Positions 47,239 through 58,890 of a stretch of DNA of 64,000 bases are shown piece after piece (position 1 is the stretch's first letter; every line of letters begins with the position of its first letter). The DNA is from Rebecca billardiae RCC1528 (lineage: Eukaryota > Protista > Haptophyta), in assembly GCA_965240325.2 (NCBI GenBank), contig OZ251222.1, positions 4,774,001 through 4,838,000 on the forward strand, in the 5' to 3' direction. The notes below the pieces were generated by a model that was given only the letters and a program-made list of their open reading frames with translations, searched no databases and was not told the origin of the DNA. The translations under genes and the position numbers were made by a program.

Positions 47239-48386
47239 GCTACTCTGCTACTTTTACTGTAATAACTGTAACTGCATCGTAGTCGTATCTGTCGTCTGCA
47301 GCGTCTCCTGACCGGCATCATGCCTACACACACACCGACACACATGTATATATACTCTTACTACTGTCGGCGGACGACGCGTGGCACCGCGATCACCGCG
47401 CCGGGCCTCGCCCTCGGCTCGCGGCCGGCCGCCGTGAGCAGACAGCATATCGAGCATCGACGAGCATGTCGCATGAGCAGCGCGCGCGCCGAATACTCAT
47501 ACTGACGCTGAATAGCAACATTGGCAGCCTCATCACTCATCAGGCTCGATCAGACGCCACGGCTCACTGACACTGCATCGGCACTGCTCAAGCTGAAGCT
47601 GACCCGCACACACAGTGACCACCCGTCCCAAGAAGCTCCTGAGCCCGTCCCGGTCCGGGGGCGAGTTTAGCTGCCGACGGCAGCTTAACTCCCCCGGACA
47701 CACAGTGCGCGAGCTTGCCGGCCTCGATTCGAGGTAGGCGCCAAGGCCCGTCACAGCGCCCGTCGTGCGCGCTTGACTGCGGCGACTGAGATGGCCGGAG
47801 CGGCGGCGCGTTGCGCGCATCCTCAGTGCACACGCGTAAGTGACCTTCGGCGCGGCACACATGTGCCGCCTTGGGCCCTCCTCCGCGTGCTAGCGCGGCT
47901 CGACTGCAACCGTCGCCAAAGCCAAGCGTTGCCTACTGAGTCCGCTTCTGCCCGCGACACGCGCTTGAATGGCGCCTTGAGCGCGCGCGCAATGGGAACA
48001 TATACAATGCCCCTCTCTCCAGATAGCGCGCGCCTGGCTCCTGCAGCACACCATGTGCGATGAAGCGGCGGCGTAGGCGCCTGCCGGCCTGTTGTCGAAA
48101 CGCATCAACTCGGCCAGGGAGCATGGGCGCAGAAGACGCCGAGAAGCCGAGACATGAGCGCCGGAAGGGGTTCCGAGGTACTACCAGACCAGCCCACCTG
48201 GCGCGCCGCCGCACAGCCCTCGCCTACGCGCACGCGCACGACCAGAGCGAGGCTGCCCGCGCGGCGGACGGCCATTTTCAATTTCCTTTCAAATGTTTTG
48301 ACGAGTTTTCGCTGCCGGACCGGACAAACGGACGGTCCGAACAAGCTTCGCGGCCGCGGCAGGCGGCAGCCGCTCGACGGGCTTCC

Positions 48387-49595
48387 ATGTCTGCCGCGCT
48401 TGCGTCCGTGGTTGTGCCTATTGCCTGCGGATCTTTCATCGGTCCGGGACCCGCCGTCCTCGTCGAGCGCGGATGCACGTGGGCAGTCAACGTCACCCGC
48501 CGCCCGTGTCGAGCACTTCTCTTCGTCCACGTGGGCAAAGCCGGTGGCGGCAGCGTGGGCGCTGCGCTAGGTACGACGTGCGATGTGATGCGCGCACATG
48601 ACACGTTCGAGGCCATCATCCAAGTTCACGAGCGAGGCGGTATCGTGGACGACGACGGCTGCCGGTGGCGTGCACCCAGCCTGCCGACGCCTCACGGGGG
48701 AACCAGCAGCCGGTGCTCACGAGTCATCATCCCCGGCCCGCTGTACGTCGACCCGCTCAAGGTGAACGTGAGTCACGGCGCAGGACGCAACGCCGCTGCC
48801 GCTGCCAAGCACGTGGAGTGCTTGCGCACCAAGCCAGGGCTGTTTGGCGACATCCTCCGCGACTCGCCGATCGTCGTTTTCGTGCGCGACCCCGTGGCTC
48901 GCTTCACCGCGTGCTTCAACTTCATGCTGCTGCGATGCACGCAGCCGGACAGCAGCACCACTGGTTGCCGTCAAGTGGCGAACTACGTGGCCACGGCCTC
49001 CGCAGTGGTGCGTGGCGCGGCCGCCGATGGACAGAGCGCTGCGTTGGAGTGGAGCAACGCCACTGACTTGCAGTTCATCCTCGAGCACCTCCTTTGGCGC
49101 ACGCGGCAGGAGGGGTCTGTGCACACTGCCACTTCTCTTTTCAGCGCCATCAAACACGCGGCGACCGGTGTGGCATGGTACTTCGGCGGCCTCAGCGGAC
49201 TGGCGCAGCTGGAGCGACGGCTGCTCTTCGTGGGCACGGTGGAGGCGATATCTGATGACTTCGCGGCCCTACAGCGCATCATCGCTCGCCACTTTGGGCT
49301 CTCTGCTTTCTTGCCGAGCATGCACGTCGAACTGGGCCACACGCACTCGTCGACGACGGGGCGCGCTCGCAGGCGATTGCCTGCGCAGTTGGTGACGTTC
49401 GTGCGTGATATCTTCATCGAGGACTACGACAGCATCTCGTGGCTTTCCCAGCGGGGGTTCGTGCACTATGGCGGGCGCGGCGGAGCGCAGTACGTTGAGA
49501 GCATCACATATGCTGCCGCCAATAACGCTTACTGGTTCGAGCCGCCGTTGTCCGAGCAGGACTGCTCATCAGACATTATCAAGCAAGCAGTATAG
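48387..49595 (+). CDS. Sulfotransferase family protein (Sulfotransfer_2-like)
   Basis: 5'-PSB motif FVHVGKAGGGSV, 3'-PB motif FVRDPVARF, plus FVGTVE and EDY. Confidence 0.75.
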   Translation: MSAALASVVVPIACGSFIGPGPAVLVERGCTWAVNVTRRPCRALLFVHVGKAGGGSVGAALGTTCDVMRAHDTFEAIIQVHERGGIVDDDGCRWRAPSLPTPHGGTSSRCSRVIIPGPLYVDPLKVNVSHGAGRNAAAAAKHVECLRTKPGLFGDILRDSPIVVFVRDPVARFTACFNFMLLRCTQPDSSTTGCRQVANYVATASAVVRGAAADGQSAALEWSNATDLQFILEHLLWRTRQEGSVHTATSLFSAIKHAATGVAWYFGGLSGLAQLERRLLFVGTVEAISDDFAALQRIIARHFGLSAFLPSMHVELGHTHSSTTGRARRRLPAQLVTFVRDIFIEDYDSISWLSQRGFVHYGGRGGAQYVESITYAAANNAYWFEPPLSEQDCSSDIIKQAV

Positions 49596-50888
49596 CAGAT
49601 AGAGTCTGCAGAGTGAGAGGGTGCATCGGCGGCCGGCGGATCGTTATTCGGCGGGCGGAACTTTGGCGGCCGGCCGCCCGTGGCCGTGGTCCGATGACCG
49701 ATGACGATGACCTCCGAGGATGACGGGACAATGACGGCGGATGAGTAAATCGATCTACCACAGTAAAGAAATCGATTTTCGGCGTTACCGTAACCCGTCC
49801 GCATTTCCGCCCAGTGGGGACTGGGGATGCGCTGGAATTTTTTTCATGCCCCGTTCGCGGCACTTCGCGCCGCGCACAGTGGAGAAAGATCGGGCCGGAA
49901 GCCGTTTGAGCATGGTCGGTCGTGCGCACGCCCATTCGAATCGATGGCGCGCTCCGAGCGGCGGGCGTGCGCGCATGACTGCCGCGAGGGGGGCTGCGAG
50001 GCGTCGGCCGGCTTGCCAAGGCGGTTCCTCGGGGCGGCGTCACCCTCGCCCGCCCCTCCTCGCCCACCCTCGCCCCACGGGCGGCCACACGTGACCTGTT
50101 AAGATGAGTTCACGGGAGCCGCACGGCACGCGCGCGGAGAGGCGAGGAAGTGGTGTGTCGCGGAAAAACGCAACGTCGCATTGTGCTCAACCCATGTGGG
50201 CACCCGCTCCACAAGTTTGCGCGCCTTCAAACCGCACACAGCGGCCTGAGGAGCTCCCAGACTGAGTTTCGCTCTTGAAGCCTGGTTTTGGGCCAGATCT
50301 TGGTGTGGATGTAGCGCGGCGAGGAGGCGCCGGGCGCGCGCCCGAGCTGCGTGCTGGCACTCGCCATGACCCATAGGCATCGTCCGTCGCGAACGACCCG
50401 GCTCGCCTCGACCTCTCCGACCCGCCGGGCAGCCACGACCGAGCACGGCACGACAATGGCCAAACCGGGAGGCTTCTCAGACCGCGTGGGATGGGCATAG
50501 GCGCGAGAGAGGGCGCCCAGCGCGCTCTTGAGATGCACAGGAGCACGCACTGATGCGTATGGAACCATCCCATCACGATCGCCCCGACCTGGCGCGCCTT
50601 ATCTGGCCCGTCAGGCTGCCCGCGCCGCCGCCGCCGCGCCATGCCGCCGCCGCGGGCGCCGCCGCACCGCGGGCACATGGGTAAGTCCGTATTCAACAAA
50701 TACAGAATTTCCGGTGCGGCCCTCTTTTGGGCGGCAAGGTCGGTCTGGTCGACACCTGCCGCGCGGCATGGGCCACGGCGCGGCGAGGTGGCGGCTGGCG
50801 CACCGCGGCGTGGGCGGGATGGCTCGAGGACACCACCGCCCCGCCTCCCACGCCGCGCCGTGCGCGTGCGCCGTGCTCTCGTCAAGGG

Positions 50889-51953
50889 TGGTCAGGGTCG
50901 CCGACTCCAGCGGAGGCCGGCGCCGGAGCCTCGCTTCCGATTTTTTGCAGCGGCGCGGCGCGCGGGGCCGCCGCCGCTGTGGCGGGCCGCTCGGGGCGTG
51001 CACGGCGTGGGCTCGTGCGGCCGCTGCCGCGCACGCCGAGCGATCCGGCGCGGGCTCGCGGCTTGTCGATGGCCTCGCGCGCCGCAGCGCGACGCGCGCC
51101 TTGCCTAGCTTCGCCTGTCTCGCGCCTTGGCCGCCGTGCACGCGTGCGCCGCCAAACCGCAAGCTCGGCATACCTCTCAGCCGAGCGTGCACGTGCCTTG
51201 CGCGACGCGACGCGGGCATTGCCGCCAGACGATGTAGCCGTAGTGCGAGCGCGCGCCGTGAAGCCTCAGCGCGGATCGAGAGTGTCTTCAACGTCTCGGT
51301 CAGCTGTCGACAACTGCTGACGCATCAACCACCAATGGACATCACGGTCCTCCGTTGAACGATGGGCTATCGCGACGCTGCGACTCGTGAAGACTAGTCG
51401 AGCGTGGTAGCCAAAACGATGAACGCCACTATGACGTGTGTGTGAGCCTTGCGTGACGATGCGACGTGACGATCGCCCCGGCAAGAGAGTCAGTCGTGCA
51501 GCTTTCAGCACTGCTCAACGAACAGACGGTCCACGCGCGTACGCGGCATCATTTCATTGTTCTCGATCCGCGCCGAGGCTTCACGGCGCGCGCTCGCACT
51601 ACGGCTACATCGTCTGGCGGCAATGCCCGCGTCGCGTCGCGCAAGGCACGTGCACGCTCGGCTGAGAGGTATGCCGAGCTTGCGGTTTGGCGGCGCACGC
51701 GTGCACGGCGGCCAAGGCGCGAGACAGGCGAAGCTAGGCAAGGCGCGCGTCGCGCTGCGGCGCGCGAGGCCATCGATAAGCCGCGAGCCCGCGCCGGATC
51801 GCTCGGCGTGCGCGGCAGCGGCCGCACGAGCCCACGCCGTGCACGCCCCGAGCGGCCCGCCACAGCGGCGGCGGCCCCGCGCGCCGCGCCGCTGCAAAAA
51901 ATCGGAAGCGAAGCTCCGGCGCCGGCCTCCGCTGGAGTCGGCGACCCTGACCA
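50889..51953. repeat. Long inverted repeat: 393-bp arms (50889-51281, 51561-51953) with a 279-bp spacer
   Basis: The arms are reverse complements with only about three mismatches seen by eye. Confidence 0.95.
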
Positions 51954-52267
51954 ATTCTATGATTTAAAGACACAGGCACGAGGGCGCAGCTCTCCTGATT
52001 CGTCTGTCGAAGTACTGAATGGAGTTAATGGAGGATGTCGGAGCGCGTTGGCCGCGGGTGAGGGAGTCGTCGTAACCGATGCTGATCACACGGTCACTGA
52101 GGTAGTAGGCGCCCGGGGATGCCGCTGTTTTGCAGTCGTCGTCGGCCTTGGTCATCATGTAGTTGCCCGTGTCGTCGTCGTCCGAGGCTGTTCAAGTTGA
52201 TGCCGTAGTGCAGGTAGTGGATGTGGTCGCCCGGGCCGGTGTGCGCGGCCTAGTGGCCTTGCCGAGT

Positions 52268-52392
52268 TGAGGGAGTAGTCGCCCTTGCCGTTGAGGAAGT
52301 CGTCGTCCTTGCCGTTGAGGAAGTCGTCGCCCTGGCCGCAGAGGAAGTCGTCGCCCTTGCCGTTGAGGAAGTCGTCGTCCTGGCCGCTGAGG
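52268..52392. repeat. 24-bp tandem repeat, ~5 copies (gtcgtcgtccttgccgttgaggaa)
   Basis: Directly visible. It reads DDDFLNGK on the minus strand. Confidence 0.85.
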
Positions 52393-52445
52393 GTGCCTGC
52401 GCTGCCCAACCGGGCGCGTCTGGCGCGCCAGCGCCGCGCGCGGCT

Positions 52446-53549
52446 CTACGCCAGCGACTGCGGCGCGGCGGCAGCCAGGTCACGGGGGGGGTCGCCGAGG
52501 GACGCGGTGCGAGCCTGCTTGGCCGGCTTGGCGTCGCTCCCGCCAGCGGAGGAGGGCCCATCCTCCTCCGCCGGCGTGGACGGCTCGGTCGCCGCGCGCT
52601 TGCCGGCTGCCGCGGCGCCGGGGGGCAGGACCAGGCGGTAGTTGGACTCCCCGAGCGCCGGCCTGGCCTGTTGCACCTCGGGCCCGTCCGACGGCGCGGC
52701 CGCGGTTGGTGGCTGGGGTGGCGGGATGGCATCGTCCGAACCCTCCCCCTCGGGCTCCTCCGCCTCCGGGCCGGCGGGGTCCGCCGCCTGTTGGTCGGCC
52801 GGCTGAGGAGCAGGGCGGCGCGCAGCGGCGGGCGGCGCGGGCGGCACAGGCGGCGCGGGCGGCACGCCCCACAGGTTGTGTGGGACGCGGGCGGCGCCGG
52901 CGATGCGGCGGCTCGGCTTGAGCGGCGCGAAGAAGATGGGGTGCTCGGGGTCGATGGGCATGAAACGCAGGCGGAGGAAGATCAGGTTCACACCGCCGGA
53001 GTAGATGTTGGTCTCGACGTGCTCACCGTTGGTCACGTACTTGTTGATGTCGGGCACGATCTGCTCGTAGAGGGCCCTGTGAAACTGCACGAGCGTCATC
53101 GTGGGGCTAACCGGGAGCGTGAGGGACACGTCCTTCGCCTGGGTTGCGAGGTCGGCCGCCGACAGCGCGAGCATCTCCTGCGTGAGCTCCGTGGTGCACG
53201 CCGTGAGAATGTTCGGCATGCACAGGCTGGTGGCCAGGCGGCGGCAGATGGTCATGTTCTCGAGCACCGAGCCGGTGAAGGAGAAAACGTGCTTATTGCC
53301 TTTGGGGTCCTGGGTGAGTCCTGAGAGCAGTCGCCCGCCTTGCGAGTTGGGCGCCACGTCGCTCAGGCAGCGCGCGCTCAGCTTGATCATCGTCGTGCAC
53401 ATCTGCTGGCCCGCATCCCGCCTGGCGGTGGGGGTGCTCGGCCGTTCCACCTGCAGCCCGCGCTCGAAGTTGTTGGAAGAGGGGAAGAAGCTCAAGGCGC
53501 TCCTGCTGTTGAGACGGTCGCGGAAAAAGCCGTGCTGGTAAGGGGGCAT
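52446..53549 (-). CDS. Orphan ORF inside the transposon-like element
   Basis: ATG-started ~367-aa frame with a complex globular N-terminal part and a Pro-rich C-terminus. No family recognised. Confidence 0.5.
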   Translation of the reverse strand: MPPYQHGFFRDRLNSRSALSFFPSSNNFERGLQVERPSTPTARRDAGQQMCTTMIKLSARCLSDVAPNSQGGRLLSGLTQDPKGNKHVFSFTGSVLENMTICRRLATSLCMPNILTACTTELTQEMLALSAADLATQAKDVSLTLPVSPTMTLVQFHRALYEQIVPDINKYVTNGEHVETNIYSGGVNLIFLRLRFMPIDPEHPIFFAPLKPSRRIAGAARVPHNLWGVPPAPPVPPAPPAAARRPAPQPADQQAADPAGPEAEEPEGEGSDDAIPPPQPPTAAAPSDGPEVQQARPALGESNYRLVLPPGAAAAGKRAATEPSTPAEEDGPSSAGGSDAKPAKQARTASLGDPPRDLAAAAPQSLA

Positions 53550-54261
53550 GGTGGCCGGTGTGGCGGGCGCGGGGCTGCGGAGGGCCGGGGGGCGGGTGCG
53601 GAAGCACTGCGGTGCGAGCGAGGTCGGTGCTGGTGCCAAAGGCATTTCGGCGCGCGGGGTTGAAATCAAATTTCAAAACCCAGGTCCGGAGTGGCCCCGC
53701 CGGTCCCCCGGACCACGGCGGCCCGTCGTGCGTTTCGGGGGGAGAGGGGTTTGTCGCGAAACGGGCAGGATGGGGAAAAGGGGGGGGGGGGGGGGGGGGG
53801 TCGCGGCCGCCGCGGGGAGGCCGGGACGGGCGCGGTCTCCACCTGAGGGCCGGGCGCTGCTCAGGAAGGAGGGCGGCCCACACTCCGCGTGTCGCTCCCC
53901 AGTGCCTCCGCACAGGCACACCGCAGGTGTTCGCCGTCGTGTCGGGATGAGCATGCGCTTGGCGTCCGCACCCGGGGCCAGTCCTTTCATGGTCAGCAAG
54001 CAGGCGGGGGGGGGGCGTGCGTGTGCAAGCGCGGGTGGATATGTCGTGTCTGCGATATGCGGAGTGTTGGATGCGGGTTGCGCCGGTGCCCCAGGGCACC
54101 GGTGAGTGTGTAGCTGTTTCGGGCACGCCTCGCGAACGCGAGGCGCTGGAAGACATGGCCACTGACCGGACCACCCTTGCTCTCGTCGCGTACCGATTTT
54201 CCTGCGGCGAGCGACGTCCAACAGCGCGACCATGCCATCGCGCGACGAGGTGCGTTCAGCT

Positions 54262-54722
54262 CAGGGCTCCAAGACGGTACACCGGACACCGGTAAATACC
54301 GTACCGGTGCGTACCGGTGCGTACCGGTACGCACCGCCACAAACTGCCGCGCACCGGTGAGAGTCCGGGAGGGGTCGTGTGCGCCCGGACCACAGCACCC
54401 GCGAGTACGGACTACTCGCGGAGCTGTCACTTGTCAGTGTCCGAGGTCGGAGTACTGAGACTGAGTAGTCACTGCTGGCACTCTCAGGCCGTGCCCCGAC
54501 TAGTCAGGGAAGGCGAATACGCCGGCCGATTTCGTCCTGAATAATTGGGCTATTTATATCAGTAAATAGGCCCAAAAATTTTCTTCGCCTCGGGCCGGCG
54601 GGGCCCCGGGGGGGACACCCCCCCGGACCCCCCCGCGGTGCGCGCACCGGTGTACCGGTACACCGGCGCCTGCGGCGCCGGTGCACCGGTACGCGTACCG
54701 AGCACCGGATCTTTGAGCCCTG
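54262..54722. mobile_element. Non-autonomous hAT-type MITE nested in the larger element
   Basis: TIRs CAGGGCTCCAAGA and TCTTTGAGCCCTG. Perfect 8-bp TSD GTTCAGCT at 54254-54261 and 54723-54730. Subterminal (T)ACCGGT repeats at both ends. Confidence 0.9.
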
Positions 54723-55677
54723 GTTCAGCTCGGCGATTTGTCGTATTTGTTGAATACATGCGGGTACGAATCGGCCGCAAGATGGCCTCGACGTACACGT
54801 CGAGAGCCACGCGCGCGGTGTGGAGTGGCACGCGACGCGGAGAGGGCGGGTGCGGTGCCGCGGGCGCGCGACTGGTCTAGAACATCTCAATGAAGCGCGG
54901 GACGGCGCTGCGCGCCTGTGCTCGCCGCCGTCTCCTCGCAGTCGAAAATATCTGTGCACCCTTCTGTCTGGCTAGTCGACCGGCCGGCACGCGGCACGCG
55001 AGCAGTGTGTGTGGGGAGGAGTGTGACATGGCAGGCTGTGGCGAGGTGGATGGCCGTGCAGGTCTACGCTAGGAAGGGCCGCTCCCGCGCTCGCGCGGTG
55101 CCTCGCGCACGCATCGTCGAGGACGAGCGTGTTTGAATGGCTCCGGAGAAGGCTTACGATCGCTCGTTGATGGGCAGCGCGCGACACGTGCACACGACGA
55201 AGGTGACGACCAGGCACTCCGGCGAGGGCGGCTGTGCTGGTAGCAGACTGCATTCGGAGTAAGATGCGCCATCTTACGCGCCGCTTCGCCTCGCTGCATC
55301 GCCGCACTGAGCAGCAGGGCTCCACGCTCACGAATGGCTCACCACGAGCTACGTGACCGGCCAGCCGCGTGCAACCCGGCGAGGCAGAGAGGGGCGGAGG
55401 GATGGGGAGGCTGGGTGGGATGTTGCAGTCCCATGCCCGGGGCACTCGCCAGGCGCCTGCGCGACCACCGTAGCGCCGTCTGTGCGCTCGTGCGGCCCGC
55501 GCGAGAAATTCCCCGAAAATCGGCTCGTGTCGGACGGGTTACGGTAACGATAATCCCGTTTTTGTTCACTGTGACGGTAGTGGCCTTATTAGCAGTAGTG
55601 GCCGCGCCGTATCATGGATACGTACGTACAGATGTCGCCGTCAATTCATCTCATCATGACAATGGCGTCACCGGCAA

Positions 55678-56877
55678 TCAAAAGTCTGCAAAGTGCGCGT
55701 CCCACCTGGCCGCGTCGTACGGCTCGAGGTCGGGCGCGGCGGCCATCTGCGCGGCGCCCTGCGCGGCGCCGCCGATGCCCATCGCCGCGCTCACCGCCGC
55801 GCTGCCGCCCGCGCCGCGCGCGTCGGCGCTGCCGTCGAACGCAAACGTGTCGTCGTCGCGCTCGAGCTCTGGGATCCACGGCGGCACGACGCCCGCGCGG
55901 TTGGCGATGCCGTCGAGGTGCACGCAGCGGAAGAAGGCGTGGGCGCGCACGGCGGCGTACCCGCCGCCCTCCGCGGTGGACGCGCCGAGGCGCGCGCTCT
56001 CGTCCCGGCGGAGGAGGCCGCGCAGCAGCGAGCTCGCCTCCGCCGAGAGCCGCGCCTCGTTGGGCCGCGGCCACACCACCTGCCCGCGCGCGATCCGCCC
56101 GAGGATCGCCTTCTCGTCCTCGGACGCAGCGGCGGCGCACGGCGTGCGCCCGACCAGCAGCTCAAACAGCAGCGCGCCAAACGACCACCAGTCGGTGGCG
56201 AGGCCGTGGCCGCGCTCGTCGCCGCGGCACACCTCGGGCGACATGTACTCGAGCGTGCCGAAGCGCGTGTGCGTGCGCCCCTCCGCGCCCGCGCCCGCCG
56301 GCGCGGCCGCCGCGCCGGCGGGCGCGGCCGCGGGCGCGGGTGCGCGCGGCCCGACGCACACGGCCGCACCCCAGTCCGCCAGCCTGGGCCAGCCGGCCGC
56401 GTCGATCAGCACGTTCTCGGGCTTGAGGTCGCGGTACGCGATGGCGCGCGCGTGCGCCGCGCCGAGCGCGAGCAGCACCGCGCCCGCGTAGAACGCCGCG
56501 TGCTCGTCCCCCAGCGGCGCGTACCGCTCGAGCAGCCGGAACAGGTCGCCGCCCATGCACGCCTCGGTCACGAGATAGACGCGGCGCGCGTCCGCGTGCG
56601 TGCCGTGCAGCTGCACGACGCACGGGTGGCCGCGCAGCGCGAGGAGCGCGTCGCGCTCGCGGCGGAGGCGGAGCACGGCGGCGCCGTCGCCCACGTTCGC
56701 CACCGTCGGCTTGCCCACCGCCTTGATCGCGTACAGCAGCCGCGAGCGCTCGTGGCGCGCGAGCGAGACCACGCCCACGCCGCCCGCGCCGAGCACGCGC
56801 AGCACACGCAGCTCGGACACGGCCACGGCCGCCTCGGGCGCGGCGGTGTCGATGTGCGTGGGCGGGACGGCGGGCGC

Positions 56878-56912
<35 letters not shown>

Positions 56913-58378
56913 CGGCGGCGTTCGCGCCGCGCGCCTTGCCCGGCGGCGACTTGCGCACCACCGCCGCCAGCTCGCGCCGCTGCCGCCGCTGCCGCTGCCC
57001 GCGCCGCGGCGACGCGGGCTCGGACTGCGCCGCGCCCGACTCGACCGAGACGGCGAGGGCGCGCAGCTTGCGCAGCTGCGCGCCGTCGATGGCGGCGTTG
57101 GCCGACGCGTCACGGGGGCGCGTGCCGGCGGCGTGCTCGCTTGGGAGCGAGCCGCGCCGCGGGAGCGCGCCCGGCGGCTCGGCGGCGCCGGCCAGCCCGC
57201 CGCCGTGCTGCGGCAGGCTGCTGCTCAGCCCTGCGGCCGACACGCCGCCCAGCCGCGGCGTGCCCATCTGCGGCGAGGTGTACGCCGACTTGTGCATCTG
57301 CGGCAGCCGGCGCGGCGGGGGCAGCGGCGGCGAGGCCGGCGTGGAGCCGTCGCCGTCGCTCCCGGACTCCGCGCCGCTGCTGCCCCCGGCCGCGCTGCCC
57401 TCCTCGACGAGCGGCGCGTAACTGGCGAGCGGCGCGTAGTTGCCGCTCGACATCGGCGACGAGCGCCCGGCCTTGGCGCGGCGCCCGACGAGCGGCGAGC
57501 CCGCGGCGTCGTCGGGCGGGAGCGGGGCGGCGGACGGGTTGGCGCGCCCGAGCGGCGAGCCGCGGCTCGGCTGGTGCGCCGGCGACAGCCCGCTCGTCCC
57601 CGGCAGCGTGCCGAGCCGCGAGCGGCCGAGCGGCGACGGCGCGACCGGCGGCCGGCCGTGCGCCACGCTCGGCACGCTCGCGAGCCGGCGCGCCTCGGAC
57701 GCCTCGGCTTGCGCGCGCCCGAGCGCGGCGGCTGTGCGGGGATGGATCGGGGCGGCGCGAGAGACGCGGCAGAGCAGGGGGCGGGTCAGACGGCGCGCGC
57801 CGGGAGGCGGGCGCGCGCGCGGCGCGCTCGCGCGCGCGCGCGCGGCGCGCACAGAGGTCGTGCACGTCCGCGTCCGCCGCGCTCAGCGCGCCCTCGAGGA
57901 GCTGCACGTGCGCGCGGAGCCGCGCGAGCTCGGCGCGCTGCTGCTCGCCCGGCCCTGCCGCCGCCGCCGCGTCGGACCACTCGGCGGATGCGTTCGACTC
58001 GCGGACGACCTTGATCGAGGAAGGCAATCCGGTTCCGCCCGGCACGTCCGCTTCAAGGTCGGGCAGCGAGCGCGAGCGGACGCGGCGGCCGTGGGACGGG
58101 CGCAGGAACGCGTGGCGCGGTGGTTGGACGTCCGCGCGCTTCACGGGCTGCTCGGGCTCAGTGCGCACAGACATGCGCAGAGAGCGCCGTATCCGCTCGA
58201 CGATCGGCGAGCGCCGCTTGGCAGCGTCCGACGAGCCATTGGTGAACGAGGCTGCGGCCTGGGGGGGCACGGGCGGCGTCGAGACGGCTGAGGCGAGCGA
58301 GTTGGTGCGCGAGGTGCGCGAGGCAAACGAGAACGAGCCCGACGATATCGACGAGTGCCTCGAGCCCGTGCCAGTCAT
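55678..58378 (-). CDS. AGC-family (PKA/PKG-like) Ser/Thr protein kinase (intron 57732-57852)
   Basis: GAGGVG, YAIK, YRDLKPEN, DWG, GTLEYMSPE and DWWSFG, plus an AGC C-terminal PPWIP...F..F tail. Confidence 0.9.
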
Positions 58379-58890
58379 GCTGCGAACTGTCCAACCGCGG
58401 GCGGCACGCCGCGGGCAGCCCTCACTAGCACAGCACGGTCAAGTGATTACCGCTGCTGGTCAGCACAACGGAGGCAACTTTCTACAGGCGAAAGTTATGA
58501 ATGTGGGTCGGTACAGGTGTATCTGATGGAGCGTTGATGAGGTGGAATTGGTAGATGAACCGTTGCGTCAAACCAACTCAACTGTTTTTTTCCGGTTTCA
58601 TCAGGTTTCCTCATTCCTGCAGACCTTCGAATTTCGATGCGCTTCTCAATAGAGGCTATTTTGGGACTCGCAACCTTGATCAAAGAAATATATTCAACAC
58701 CAGTTCCATGCTTAAGCCATGTTACCCTGGTGCCTGCTTATGATAAGACGCATTCGAGAATGATGTCGAAACCACTCCCATCCGTTCAAAACTGAAAACA
58801 AAGAGCCGAGTTCGGTTGAAAGTCGTACTTGGGTAAAAAGTAAAAACGGTACCCACAACGGCCAATCATAGAATCGTGTGCAGCGACGAG

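Larger units (their letters stand above)
49759..55573. mobile_element. 5.8-kb CACAG...CTGTG DNA transposon-like element (CMC/CACTA-like, non-autonomous)
   Basis: Termini are CACAGT (49759) and ACTGTG (ending 55573). A perfect 19-bp inverted core cgttaccgtaacccgtccg lies at 49783-49801 and 55531-55549, 24 bp from each end. A 2-bp AC flanks both sides. Confidence 0.7.

Noticed and set aside
45531-47345. 725-aa minus-strand ORF as one protein
   Set aside because: Mostly antisense to the ankyrin gene; only the last ~120 codons look real.
52268-52392. CRISPR-like array
   Set aside because: Contiguous tandem units with no unique spacers, no cas genes, and a eukaryotic context.
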